This document shows, piece by piece, positions 12,803-24,800 of a stretch of 64,000 nucleotides of DNA. The notes beneath the pieces were generated by a model that saw nothing but the letters and a program-made list of their open reading frames with translations, was not told where the DNA came from and ran no database searches. The DNA comes from Lingula anatina (taxonomy: Eukaryota > Animalia > Brachiopoda), in NCBI GenBank assembly GCA_051362555.1, contig CM120640.1, positions 36,785,967 to 36,849,966 on the forward strand. Direction: 5' to 3'. How positions within the stretch are numbered: the stretch's first letter is position 1; each line of letters starts with the position of its first letter. Position numbers and translations under genes: made by a program.

Positions 12803-15424
12803 CTAGGTTGGCTTTTTAAACCACATCAACACGGGGTTTAGGAAAATGTGGGAGGAAAAAGAGATGGTCTCTGAACTTTTCGATTCCAAGGCTTGGCTGA
12901 TCTCTGGTTTAAAAGAAAGCAAAGAGATTTATTAAAATATTACTTTGACATTCAAATAATCTGAAAAAGAAAACCACGTAAACATTTTGCATCTGTCATT
13001 TATCCAACTCTTTGGTCAGAACTGAATCAGAAAACTGGAGGTAGATAAAAAAAAAAGTGAAATGAACAGAAAAAAAGTGGCGCTTGTGACTCCATGTTTG
13101 CCTCCTAGGATATCCTCGTTGATCTGTCCTTGTCAAGTTGAAAAGAAAACCACGTAAGGATCGGCTATCATTTTGGTTCCCCACACCAAAGGGTGAAGAT
13201 TTTTGTCTCCACTATACCAAAATTTGAAAATGGACAAAGGTACAAGTTTGGAGACGATGCTTTAAGTTGATGGCAAAGGTGAAGCTGTTCAAAGTCGGTT
13301 TTCAAGAGGAAAGTGTCTCAGACGCATTCAAACCCATTTTTATACAGTGTTTCCCCGCTAATACCCCCCCCCCCCCCCCGCTCTGCCTTAAAGTGACTTA
13401 AAACAATGATCATGTCTGATGACTAGAATGCCAACAGTGATGTCTATGCAAGGTAACTGTAATTAACACCGCTGATGCCCGTAGGAAGTAGAAGCAACTG
13501 AATAGGATATTGAGAACAAATACGAGGAAGAAAATATATTGAATCATATGGTGAAAAAACTACAATAACAAGATTTTTAAATCTTATGCAAAAGAATCCA
13601 AGGGGTCTCACATTGTGATGGACTTCAAAAAACAATCATGTCATTTGACTCCAGTCTTTGCATTGAGTATTCGGAGTTGAGATAAATGTCTGTTCCTTCA
13701 TTAAAATAGCGTCACGTTAAGGAAATAAATGCACACTTATGTAATGAATCCCGAATAGACGAAGTTCTCCCGGGTAAATATACTATAGACAAATACCAAA
13801 GAGTTCATCAAAGACGGAAATGTTTCAACTGTTATGAGTAACTGATTCAGTCTCATCATTTCCCTAATTTTCTCTTTGGTCTCTGCCCAAAAAAAGGGAT
13901 TTCCTTTCCAGTACAATTGATTTTTGACAGAAAAAGACTAAAAATGCTTTTCACCCAATCATCTAAACCACTAAGCTCTTTCGTAATATGTGACCTCTGC
14001 CTTTGCCTGATAGGGCGTGGATTGGGGGGGGAGGGGAGGGGGGGGGAGGGCGCGTATATGCTGGGTTTTGGATGACGAGTGAGAATGAAGTCGTGTCGAT
14101 ATTGAATGCCGACGGCATAGGTTTTGTCCTACGCCATGCACTGCGTGTAAAACGTAAACGATAAAAGTTATGCATTAATGTTGATCGGTTTGCAATAAAA
14201 TGTGACTAGAATAACAAAAGTGTTCATTAGAAAGCCTTGGCATAGTGCCAATATTCTGGCATTACTGAGAATAAAACACAACTTTTACTCTCATGGAAGG
14301 AAATTAAGTTTTGCAGTCCCTCGGCACTATGCGTTGCCTCCAGGGGATGGATTTGGGATTGGTGGTTATGGTATCTTACCCCGTGTTTTCGCGCCAAATC
14401 TTAATTTTCTCAAGAAAATATTCTCTTATTCAAAATTAATTGTTCGACACGTCCTTGCAGTTGCATTTTATATTCTATACCCTTTTAATACCAGAATATA
14501 TCTCTTTTATAATTTGATTTCCCTACTCACTGCAGTCACATCCATCTCTTTTAGATAAAATGAAATTATTATAATACAATCGTTAAACCATACCTGCCAT
14601 CCTCTAAAAACAAAAATAAGTCTTTGACAAAACACATGACCAAGAAAAAAATTTCGCACGTTTCCGAAAACTACGAAAGCCAGTAATGTAGGAAATCCAG
14701 GCGAACTGGTTTCGACGCCTTCTTCTCTAGTATCAACACGAAGTTAGAATCATTGTTACACCCAAAGATAAGCAACAACAACAACTCAGTTTGTCACCAA
14801 CAATAACAGTGGGTTAATTTGACTGTCCCATAATTGTACTTTGGGGTTATTTCTTCATGCACTTTCCTGTTTTTGCCTTTCGAGGCTTCAGTAACTTTAT
14901 CCTCTCATATTACGGTTAGTACAATAGAAGAAAAGAAGCGTCAGATGCCGTAAACTTTTTACTGGGCTCAAACTACTATTGGTTGACCCCTCACGACCAG
15001 AAGATAAATTGTTCAAGTAGCAACCAGTAAGTTATAAACATTAAAATATGGAGTCATAATTTTGACATTTTGGAAAATATGTGCGCCCCTGTGTGCGTCC
15101 CATTTGTGTAGGCATCCAACCACAACCCATCTCCCCTAAATAGAGATTTTAGTCTCTCCCAACCTCCCTTTTCTGACTGTGGGTTAATACCAGCAAACAG
15201 CCCAAGGGTAAAATCTATTTTATTTTCTCGATTTACTTATGGGAGGTTTGTCCAATCATGTGCGAAGAAAACACAATCCAACTTTCAATCTCAGTCTAGG
15301 GTTCGACACAGTAGCAAGCGCACAACACATACACACAGGACGACGATATACTACACTACGGAAATTGTGATTCACTTTGTATTGCCCAAAGCCAAGGAAG
15401 TTGGAGTTCTGCCCATCGAGCCGC

Positions 15425-15431
15425 TATTTAA
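15425..15431 (+). promoter_or_regulatory. TATA-like element about 300 bp upstream of the Wnt start codon
   Basis: TATTTAA in a CpG-retaining region upstream of ATG 15726; positional inference only. Confidence 0.2.
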
Positions 15432-15725
15432 CTTCCTAGCAAGCACGTTGATTGCTCAATTCTATTGACAAGCGTAATTGACGGCACTGCCTCCTAATTT
15501 TCTCAAACAGAAAGAAAACAAGGGAACTAAAGGTAACCCGTCATGTGAGGATAACGGGATTATACATACAGAAAGGACCAGGTTGGGAAGAAAAACCAGT
15601 GGAAGCAATAAGTCGAAGTGAGGGAAATATCCCCCTTTTTACTAAACTCCATTTAACAAAAACCAAAGGGAACATTATGAACGTTACTATCTTTAACTGG
15701 AACTGTTTAAGCAGTACCTGACAAA

Positions 15726-15817
15726 ATGAAGATTTTTCAATTGGTTATAACAAGCGCCAGTTTTCTCTGTTTGCTACAGTTTGCCGCAAGTCTGAGGAAT
15801 AAAAACGGGCATTGGTG
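15726..15817 (+). CDS. WntA: Wnt exon 1 (signal peptide, ends ...NGHWW), absent from the ORF track
   Basis: caaaATG start; hydrophobic signal; TG|gtaagt phase-2 donor in the WW motif typical of Wnt intron 1. Confidence 0.85.
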
Positions 15818-18800
15818 GTAAGTTGCGTTGATTCCAACTATTATAACGGACAAAAAAACGTAATTTCACAGTTACATACTCAAGCATTCGTAGAAATGTG
15901 TTACTAGTGTATTTTTTCGCTTTTTTTTTATAAGAATTGATAATTATATGAAAAAAAGGGATTAAGGGGTATGAAAAGTAAAAACTTGACTTTTAAAATA
16001 GGAGGGAAGAGACGCAAATTTGACGCTATACGCCCATCGTTAACTAGACGCTTAGTTAACGAGGGTGGAGGAAAAAAACTGAAGAGTTCATGGCAATAAA
16101 TGGCAACAGAGCTGATTAAATGGCCACAAAAGTTGCCGCTTGCTTGTTAAATCTATTCTCTGTATTAATGAAAGGTGTTGCCTTTATCATTGGCAATTAA
16201 AACCACATATTAGTTCTGTCCCTCAGAGCCTTCAGGCCATCCTCTGCATGTTGAACTCTTTCACACCTGGTGGTGACACTCCATAAAGAAAAGAGGGCAA
16301 AGATGCAAGTTCTTTTTTAAATTAAAAAAAGAATGGAAAAAAATCATCAGCATACCTGTGCTATTTCAAAAAGAAATTTTCTCAAAATTAAAATAAAATT
16401 GACTTTTCACTGACTCCAATAAATGAAAAATCTAAAAAAAGGTCAAAAAAGAAAAGAGAAGAAATATAGATAGATGAATGTGTGAAAAAAAAAAAGATAA
16501 AAAGGGAAAAAAAGGTGCTCTGACACTTCTTTTAGATTTTTTAAAAATCCTCCAGTAGTAGTGTTATGTACACTAGAACTGAAACATGGAGCCACCCACT
16601 TTATTGGAGTTGGGGTGGGGGTGGATGGGTTGGGGTGGAGTAGGTGTGTCCAAGCTGTTGTATGCTCTGGCAGTATTTCCTTATGGCCTTATGTCCAAGT
16701 CGCACACAATTGTGCAATGGCAGGTAAAAAGAGTATTGTACAGCCGATTTGTCATAGTAACAATGTTGCAGTGACAGTTTACTAGAGAAATGACACACCA
16801 GGAGAAACCACACATGGTGGTAGTGACAGCTTTATTCTCAATACTGTCCATGCAATTATATATACATAGTGGTTTACATACAATCCCATTGGTTTTTTAT
16901 CTACACCAATAGACTACAAGAGACATTGGGAACTAAAAATTATACTGAAAGATAATGACCCCTTTGATGACATTTTACTTTTTCAAGTTTCCATTTCTTC
17001 AAGAACTCATAAAAAGTAGAAATAAACTTGCATGTGGTGTTATACTCAATTGCATATCTGGCAAAATAAAAAGCCATTATGATATTTGAAACTTTGATGC
17101 CTGAAGCACATATTACACTTGCAGCACTATGCACACATACTTATAGTTGTAACAGTTTGTTAAGTTGTAGCATGCAAACTCAATACATACAGTTTGAGAA
17201 TTACTTAAATGTCAATTCATGGCGTTGAGTTATCTAAATTACGTAAAAAAAAGTGGTCATAATTGAGATCGTATCATGCAAGTCATTCTCACACAATTTT
17301 GAAAGAAAAAATTCCAATGTAATAGAGCTGTTCTCTGTAAGGTACAAAAGTAACCAAACATTCTCAATCCCAATCCTTTCTTTCTTAAGCAGCATTATGT
17401 GTGAGAGGGTTATCCTCTCTTCAGACCTCTTCAGCTTAAGCAGAAGTACCCATTGGGAGGTTGTCTAAGGGCTTCAAGCAGGAGCAGTGAAAACGAGAGA
17501 AATTGAGTCAATAACCACAGATCTGTGTCCCTACATAAATAATACCTGCTGAAGCATCTAATCTGCCAGCATGAAGTTATAGATGTGAATATATGTTCTA
17601 AAGAAGAAAAAGGACTGGTATTACATAATCTCAGTGTTTCGTTCCATCTTCCAATCCTATTAGAACAGCTTACCCCTTAGGTTAAGTGCATGGGTTAGTA
17701 GGTAGAGACATTCGTAAGCCGTGTTCAGATGTGTCCTTATAAAAATGTTTTAGTACAACTTCAAGGGGTGCGTGCACCTTTTCTTCTCTCTTCCCACAAA
17801 ACAAAACCAGTCTGTCTATAATCTCCAGAGTTCAATGATTTGCAGAAAGATTGTTGGGGGGAGGGGGGGGGGATTACAGAGGAATCAAGCATGGAAACTG
17901 CAAACAAGTCTGTGGTTCCTTAAGCTAGTGCTGAGACCATTTTGATCAAAACCAGGCTGAACACAGCTGTGGTGAACCACCTGTCCAATGAACCATTCAA
18001 TACTATCACTTGACATTGTTATTAACTCACCTTGTGTCCTTCTTAATGTATTCCCTCCATTTACAGTAGGCATACATACTGGGTGTGAAAAGGATTCTTG
18101 ATGATATTTGTAATCCACAGATCCTTTTAGATAATACTGGACAGGTGGTGACCATAAAAATATCCGACAATGGCACAGAAGAAAGAATTAACAATGACTG
18201 ATTTTTTTTTCTTCAAAAAGCCTAGTTTAGCAGTTTTTGTTGGTTTTATTAGGGTATGAATTTTTTGTTAAACTTAATATATTGTTGGCATATGTACCAA
18301 TCATAGTGCAGGGGCGGATTTAGGCCGTCTTCTGGGTCTTCCGGAAGACGGTCAGATTCTTAAGATTACATTGACGGGTATCTAATTTTTGCTGTTGGAA
18401 GACGGTCAAAAATGGAGGATGGATCAACAAAGATGATTTGAAAGACTGTCAGAAAATATTTCTGGATCCGCCCCCGTAGTGTACTCATGCTCAATTATTA
18501 TAATTTTTAGGATAATAAAATTTACGATTTTTATGATTCACTGCAAAAGGTCTTCCAACGTTTCCTCTGTAAAGATCTTTAATTTCTTTATACAGTGAAA
18601 TCAAATGTATCCAACCTCTGTGTTGAACTGAAAATCAATTAAACCAATCTTGACACAAATATAATCGTCTGAAAAACCACTTGACTTTCTGTTCAATATT
18701 CCATTTCCGTTGCTGGTAAATTATGCAATGTTTTACTGCTAATCTGTTTGTCCTTTTGCGAGTTTTGATCAAATCAACAAAATCAATGTTCAATACTGTG

Positions 18801-21800
18801 CAGAGAAACTTGAAAGCTTTTGGATGTTTCTTTGTTTGTTGGTGGGCCAAGTTGAAAAGCTTGATTGCTCTCAAATTCCACAACTACATTACCAGTTATG
18901 CTGATCAAACATTTAATTAAGCGTAACAATACCAGCTAGACCAATAGTGTTCAAAATTTGACTCCTGTGGCATGGCAGTCAATCAATTCTTCATTTTCTC
19001 CTGCCTTCACTGATAACATTTAATGTTAACTTTCATTCCAAACTAAAACAGTGGAATGGTTGGTTTTTATTATTAGCGCCTTCACAAATAATTTTTGGGA
19101 TGAGGGCAAAGCTCTTTCTTTTGTTCCTAGCAACATGAACAATAAAATGAACCCTTATCACAACTGATTAAAAACGTGAACACTGAATGAAATGCAGATA
19201 TTTGTCTAACTAAGAAGAAACACGGAATAAAAGGTGAGAAATCACACACGATTACAAAAGTACAATAGCATGGCCCATTGCTCTGCCATTCTTGAAAAAT
19301 GCCTCATATCATTATAATATAAACAGTGTTAAATTTCTTTAAAGGATGAAAAATAACAACTCCCGTGGCTCCAGCCAAATAAATTTCCCTTTTCATCTTT
19401 TGCTGTCCGTTAACCTATTTTTATAATCTGTTATTGTGTGAAAGTTGGTATAAGACATATAGGAAAGAGTTGGAGTGAAAGGCATCTAACTATCTCAGTG
19501 TTATTCTGTTATCATTGTATCCATTTTGTTTTCTTCTTTTGTGGTTGACATTTATAAGTTTTGCTTGTCTGCACAAAGGTATGCATTAATTCAACAACCG
19601 TCCGCATAGAAGTTTCTTATTCTTTGCCACAAGGTGAACCGCTTGGGCATTCCTACACTTTACTATCACTACCCTAGGGAGAGCCATTGCACAATGTTGT
19701 TTTTCTTCACAACTTCAGACTTTGGGGGTGGCAAGTTGTGGAAGCTTACTAGTGTATTTACCTAGCCGAGGAAAGAAGATACCTTACATTACTTCAGTTA
19801 TTTTTCTGTTCAACATTTATATAAAGAGAGTCAAGTCTGTTACCCACAGTGACTATGGCAAAATGGAGTTGCACAGGCATGATGTGACTTAATTAAGGGG
19901 AAGGGCGGCATATTTATGGTCAAAATAGTAATGAATTGCTTTATTCACTATGTTTGTTCATATATTTTTTCTCGTACAGAATCAAAAAAGGCAAACTTTC
20001 CAGTAAAATAATATATTTACAGGTTGATGTACTATATAACAAACACAATCAAACACACTTTGGCCATATCTCTCAATAAAAAAGAAACTGAATTAAATTT
20101 TTGTGGAAAATGACTTTTCAAATGACAATCATCACTATGTAAATGTCTGTAAAATCCGATAAAGAAATATTTGTGACACTTCGTTAATTCAAGTAATGAC
20201 AGGGTCTGCTAGGTTAAGCAAGATATCCTTATTTCGGACAAGGTGTCACACATTTTAATTGCCAACTATTTAAAAAGTATTTGAGACACCTACTTTATGA
20301 TGTCTTTAGATTTTGTCTTATAGCATGGGATTTTTTTCCTAGTTATAAACCAAACAGCCATGAAAAATGGATAGTTCCCAAAAAATTAAAAGTGACATTT
20401 TCTTCAGACAAAGTAATTTTAAATAAGCAGTTGAGGAAAATTTCATTTTGTTATCTGGAGCCTCAGAAGCCTTGTCTGAGTACTTATTTGCAAAAATGAC
20501 ACTTGGGCCACAAAAGTTAATTGAAATGTCAACTTCTAAAAAAGTTCAATTCTTTGCTATTCTAAACTTCTTTTTTGGAAGGGTTGCATCATGCCAGGAA
20601 AGTGACATGCCCCCCTATGAATGAGCAATGAGTAGAGTGTCTACAAAGATGTTGTTTTGACCAAAATCTTTGTCACTCTGGGTTTTCATTTTCTGCCAAA
20701 TACTAGTTACATTTACATTTTGCTTTTGACTGCGGCAGCACTTTCCTGACCTATAATGTAGCACAAATAGCCTGACAAAGTTTGAGATAAGTGCTCAATG
20801 TGTTCACCTTTCCTCCGCCTGAGGCGGTAGCCATTATGGGTCCCAAATGCAAACAGTCCCCCTACTCTTTCCAAACACACCTCCCATCACCTCTGTTTTC
20901 ACTTGCCAAACCTTTAGAGATTATGTGACCTAAGGATCAATCAACTTTCATTGATTCTTAAATCAAAGTGTTCGGTAATGCTTCCATCTTACATTACTCT
21001 GGCGTTATCCTGCATCATACATTGGCCAGTGGGATATCATAAAGAGCCAAGGGGAGAAAAAATGTGAATCAAATTTCAAATATTGTTTGTGGAAGTGCCC
21101 AGTCTAGACAGTTCATGATGAAGAGAATAGAGAAAAGTAACAGAACACAATCTTCTGATTGCATTGTGGCATTCAGCAAATATAGGCCAGGGGTGCAGTT
21201 CATGCCACACATTTTGATGACTGTCACTTCATTCTTCTGTACTATTAACTCTGGACCTGTTTAATACTGCGGTTTATCCTCGAGGGTTTCATGATATATC
21301 TCACTCTATTTAAGATTTTAATGTAGCTGATAAACTGACGACATAACTTGTTTAATCAGAAATTGTCCCAACACAATTGCGCCTCTGTTCTGAAAAAAAT
21401 TTTAGTGTCACTGAACACAAACAGGAAGAACTCCTTCACCAAGATACACTGAAACTTCAATTAACAATTTGTTACTTGATTGTTACATGGCTACTATACA
21501 TCATGTACACTGTTAATGGCTTTTTTTTTTTTTTTTTGCCAGGCCACATCTTTGGCACCAAAAACTTTTCTTGTTAACACATTTAATTAAGGGCCATTAC
21601 ATAGTATTTTGATTGTTACTGAGGGGGAAAAGGTTGATTCTTTTTACCTATTTAGTAGCGCAATAATTCAATTTAGAAATGTTTATTGGTAACACTTGGT
21701 TTTTGCCTATACTATATCTTAACAAAACAGATGAAAATCTATAAGCATGGTTTAGATGAAAAGCATGCAGCTTTATGGAGAGTAACAGAAAAAATTAATT

Positions 21801-24800
21801 TTTCATGTCTTTTAAGATTAGGTGGCAAATTATTGGCAGAAAATACCCCATAAAATACATTGCGATCACACTTCTGATACTTTTCCTTTTAAGTCTATTG
21901 TTAGCTTCATCTTATTCTATTCAATTATTTAAAGCATTGTACACAAATGCATTTTCCAGATCTTAATTTTGAGGCTTTGACAGTAGTGCATTATTTATCT
22001 ATCACCATTATAAACCTCTGTGGGGGAACTTTAATATTGATGTTTTGTTTTCATTAAATGGAGTTTTAAGTGTTTTTTTACAACAATACCTGTGATTATT
22101 GAAACAGTTACATGTATCAATACCAAAACGTGCTTTATTTTGATACAAAACATATCCCCTCTACCCCTGTCCTGTAAAGTTATATTAGTAAAAATTTGAG
22201 GGTTTAGTAACTCAGTTGTTTCCCAGTCAACTTCATATATATTTCTATGGTACACTAGAGTGGCCTGGTTAATACACTGAATACATAAGAGACTGAAAAC
22301 TGTTGGGCCCTCATGCTAAATTAGCCAAATCTTCAAACCCTTGTGGGGCATTACAAAGGGGAATTAAGGTATGGAGGGGCAAGCTTTGTCCTTGATACAA
22401 ATATATATGGATTGTAGTACAACTTCATATATTGAAAATATATTCTTTCCAGCATTACATACTATAATGGAATTTTATTAAAAATAAAAAAAGTTTTTAA
22501 AATTGTTGTATAGGGTATAGCAGGTGTGAAAAATTAAAATGATGTAAGAATTTACTTCAATTTGCAACAAGCATTTTTTAGCGAAGATAATGTTAGGATG
22601 ACTATGAATGACTTAAGATCATGAATAAAAAAAAAAATATTAGTAAATGTGTTTCCTATCTCCTTTAAACCTTTTCCATTACTTCATAATCTTTATCAAA
22701 ATACTATGCAATGGTTCATAACTTAAAATCAGAGTCACTGTTTAGTTTGCAATTTGCTTTTGTTATTTACAGGCCTTAGGTTGAGGGCAAGTTTTGAAAG
22801 AGGTACTATGCTTTTATTTTGTCAAAAAATATCCCAATTTTGGCATGTGTTTTAAAAGTACAAATTTTACTTTACTGAAAACTTGATGGAGTGATCTATA
22901 GGTCTAGGATACAGGTCAAGTGTGAAAATCTTATTTGCTTCAAATTGAGGTTAGGCTAATAGACCTATGATGTGCTCATTTTACACTAGCTATAGGCCAT
23001 CAGCTGCCTGCCTAGGCTGTGTTAGCAGCAGGAACACCGATGTAGGGCAAAGATCACACTTCCCAAAACTTGGTTCAATGAACTACATACTGTATAATGT
23101 GAACCATATCTGTTAGTCTTCCCCAACGTGTTTGTCTTACCATATGGTTGGAAATGTGTTAATCTTTAACCGTTAAGTGCCATAAGAATATTGGATCGGC
23201 ACGTTACATATGACTGACGTTTATTGACAGAATTGTGAGAAAGAAGCAGATGTGCCTGTTGTTTTTATATTTACTGGTTAAATCATCAGTAAATTTTGAC
23301 AATAGTGTGATGAAATCAATTTCCATCATGATCTTTGAAAGTGGCTCTATAATGTAAGTGGCTCTATATATTCCAGCAAAAATATATCTTTACATGCGAT
23401 AACTTTATTCATATTTAGTGAAAATGTGCAGTTTAATGTTTGGAAATGTTTGATAAAATGTCCTGTTTGAATTTATTATTAGCAATCCAAAGCTCAATTT
23501 AGTCCAAAAAAATAAATAAATAAATAAAATACCATGCACTTTTCATCACATTATTGTGTGATAGAACAACTCATACTTTGATAAGACAGTACACGCATGT
23601 TATAAATCCTACTTAGGCGTAACTGATTTAAGAATATCGGCTACTAGCCAAGAGACACTAACCTCGGACTTTGGTCACCACATTCTCCTACTATGACATT
23701 TTTTATGGTGTGGGACATCTTCCAAACAGAAAAAATATGACTTGCTTTGTTTTTGACAGAGGTCCAGCAGCCAACACCCTCCTACAATACAGGGTACAGG
23801 TCTTTGACAATTCCCAGTACTTCAAAAACCAACTTGGTCACCTTCTTCTCTCTCTGTGACATTTTTTTTTAGTTCGGGACAACTTCCAAACAGAAAAAAA
23901 ATGACGTAGTGTTTTTGATAGAGATCCAGGAGCCGTCGCCCTCCCACAATAACATAGTACAACAGCGTGTGATATTTCAGAGGTCTTCAACAATTTGGGT
24001 GCATGGCAATAGTCCTAAGGTTCATTGGTCTGAATGTTCACTATATAGAACCTTCAGAGCAACAAACCCCTTTACTAAAAAAACGATAAAATTAAATGAC
24101 TTTTCAGACCATTGAATTTTCAGACTATCGAGAAGCCCCCAAATATTCCCCATTACTTGTAACCATCCAATCTACTGATTTTTTTTCCTTTTTTGTAAAT
24201 TCAATTTAACAAAGATATATGTGAATATATGGTATCATGATAATGTTTTCTTAAATTGACTTAAGCATTTCCATTAATCTTTTGTCTAAACCATTGAAAA
24301 ATGCAATTTTATTGTGCTAGCAGTAAATAATTATTTGCTAAAATGTATTTGTCTGCTCAATAGGACTTTAGCGCTCCTCAGGGAGGTAAGATCAATTAAA
24401 GGATTAAACAGATCCATATTGACCAGACAAATTTTTTTAAGTCGGCTGATCTTGTTTATAGAGGATATCACACTTTAAACCTAAACTTTACCTTTTATTT
24501 ACTTTTCTTTGAAAATAATCATATAATTTTTTTTATCCTTACACAGGTACCTTGGTCTCTCACCTACATACCTAAATGGCAGGGACAGGAGAGACGATGG
24601 AGACGCAGCGCATAGATGTAATATACGTTACTTTACGCCAGAACAGAAAAAACTTTGCATTAAAGATGATGACATTTTACAAGTAATTGCCCGCGGAGCT
24701 CGCAAGGGGATCCAGGAGTGCCAATACCAGTTCCGTACAAGGCGGTGGAACTGCCCAACTAAGAACAGCACAGATGTGTTTGGGAAGGTTTTGCAAATAA

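Noticed and set aside
12963-13157. Direct repeat aaaagaaaaccacgtaa about 175 bp apart, possible retroelement TSD
   Set aside because: No poly-A tail or recognisable SINE/LINE features between the copies; partly low complexity.
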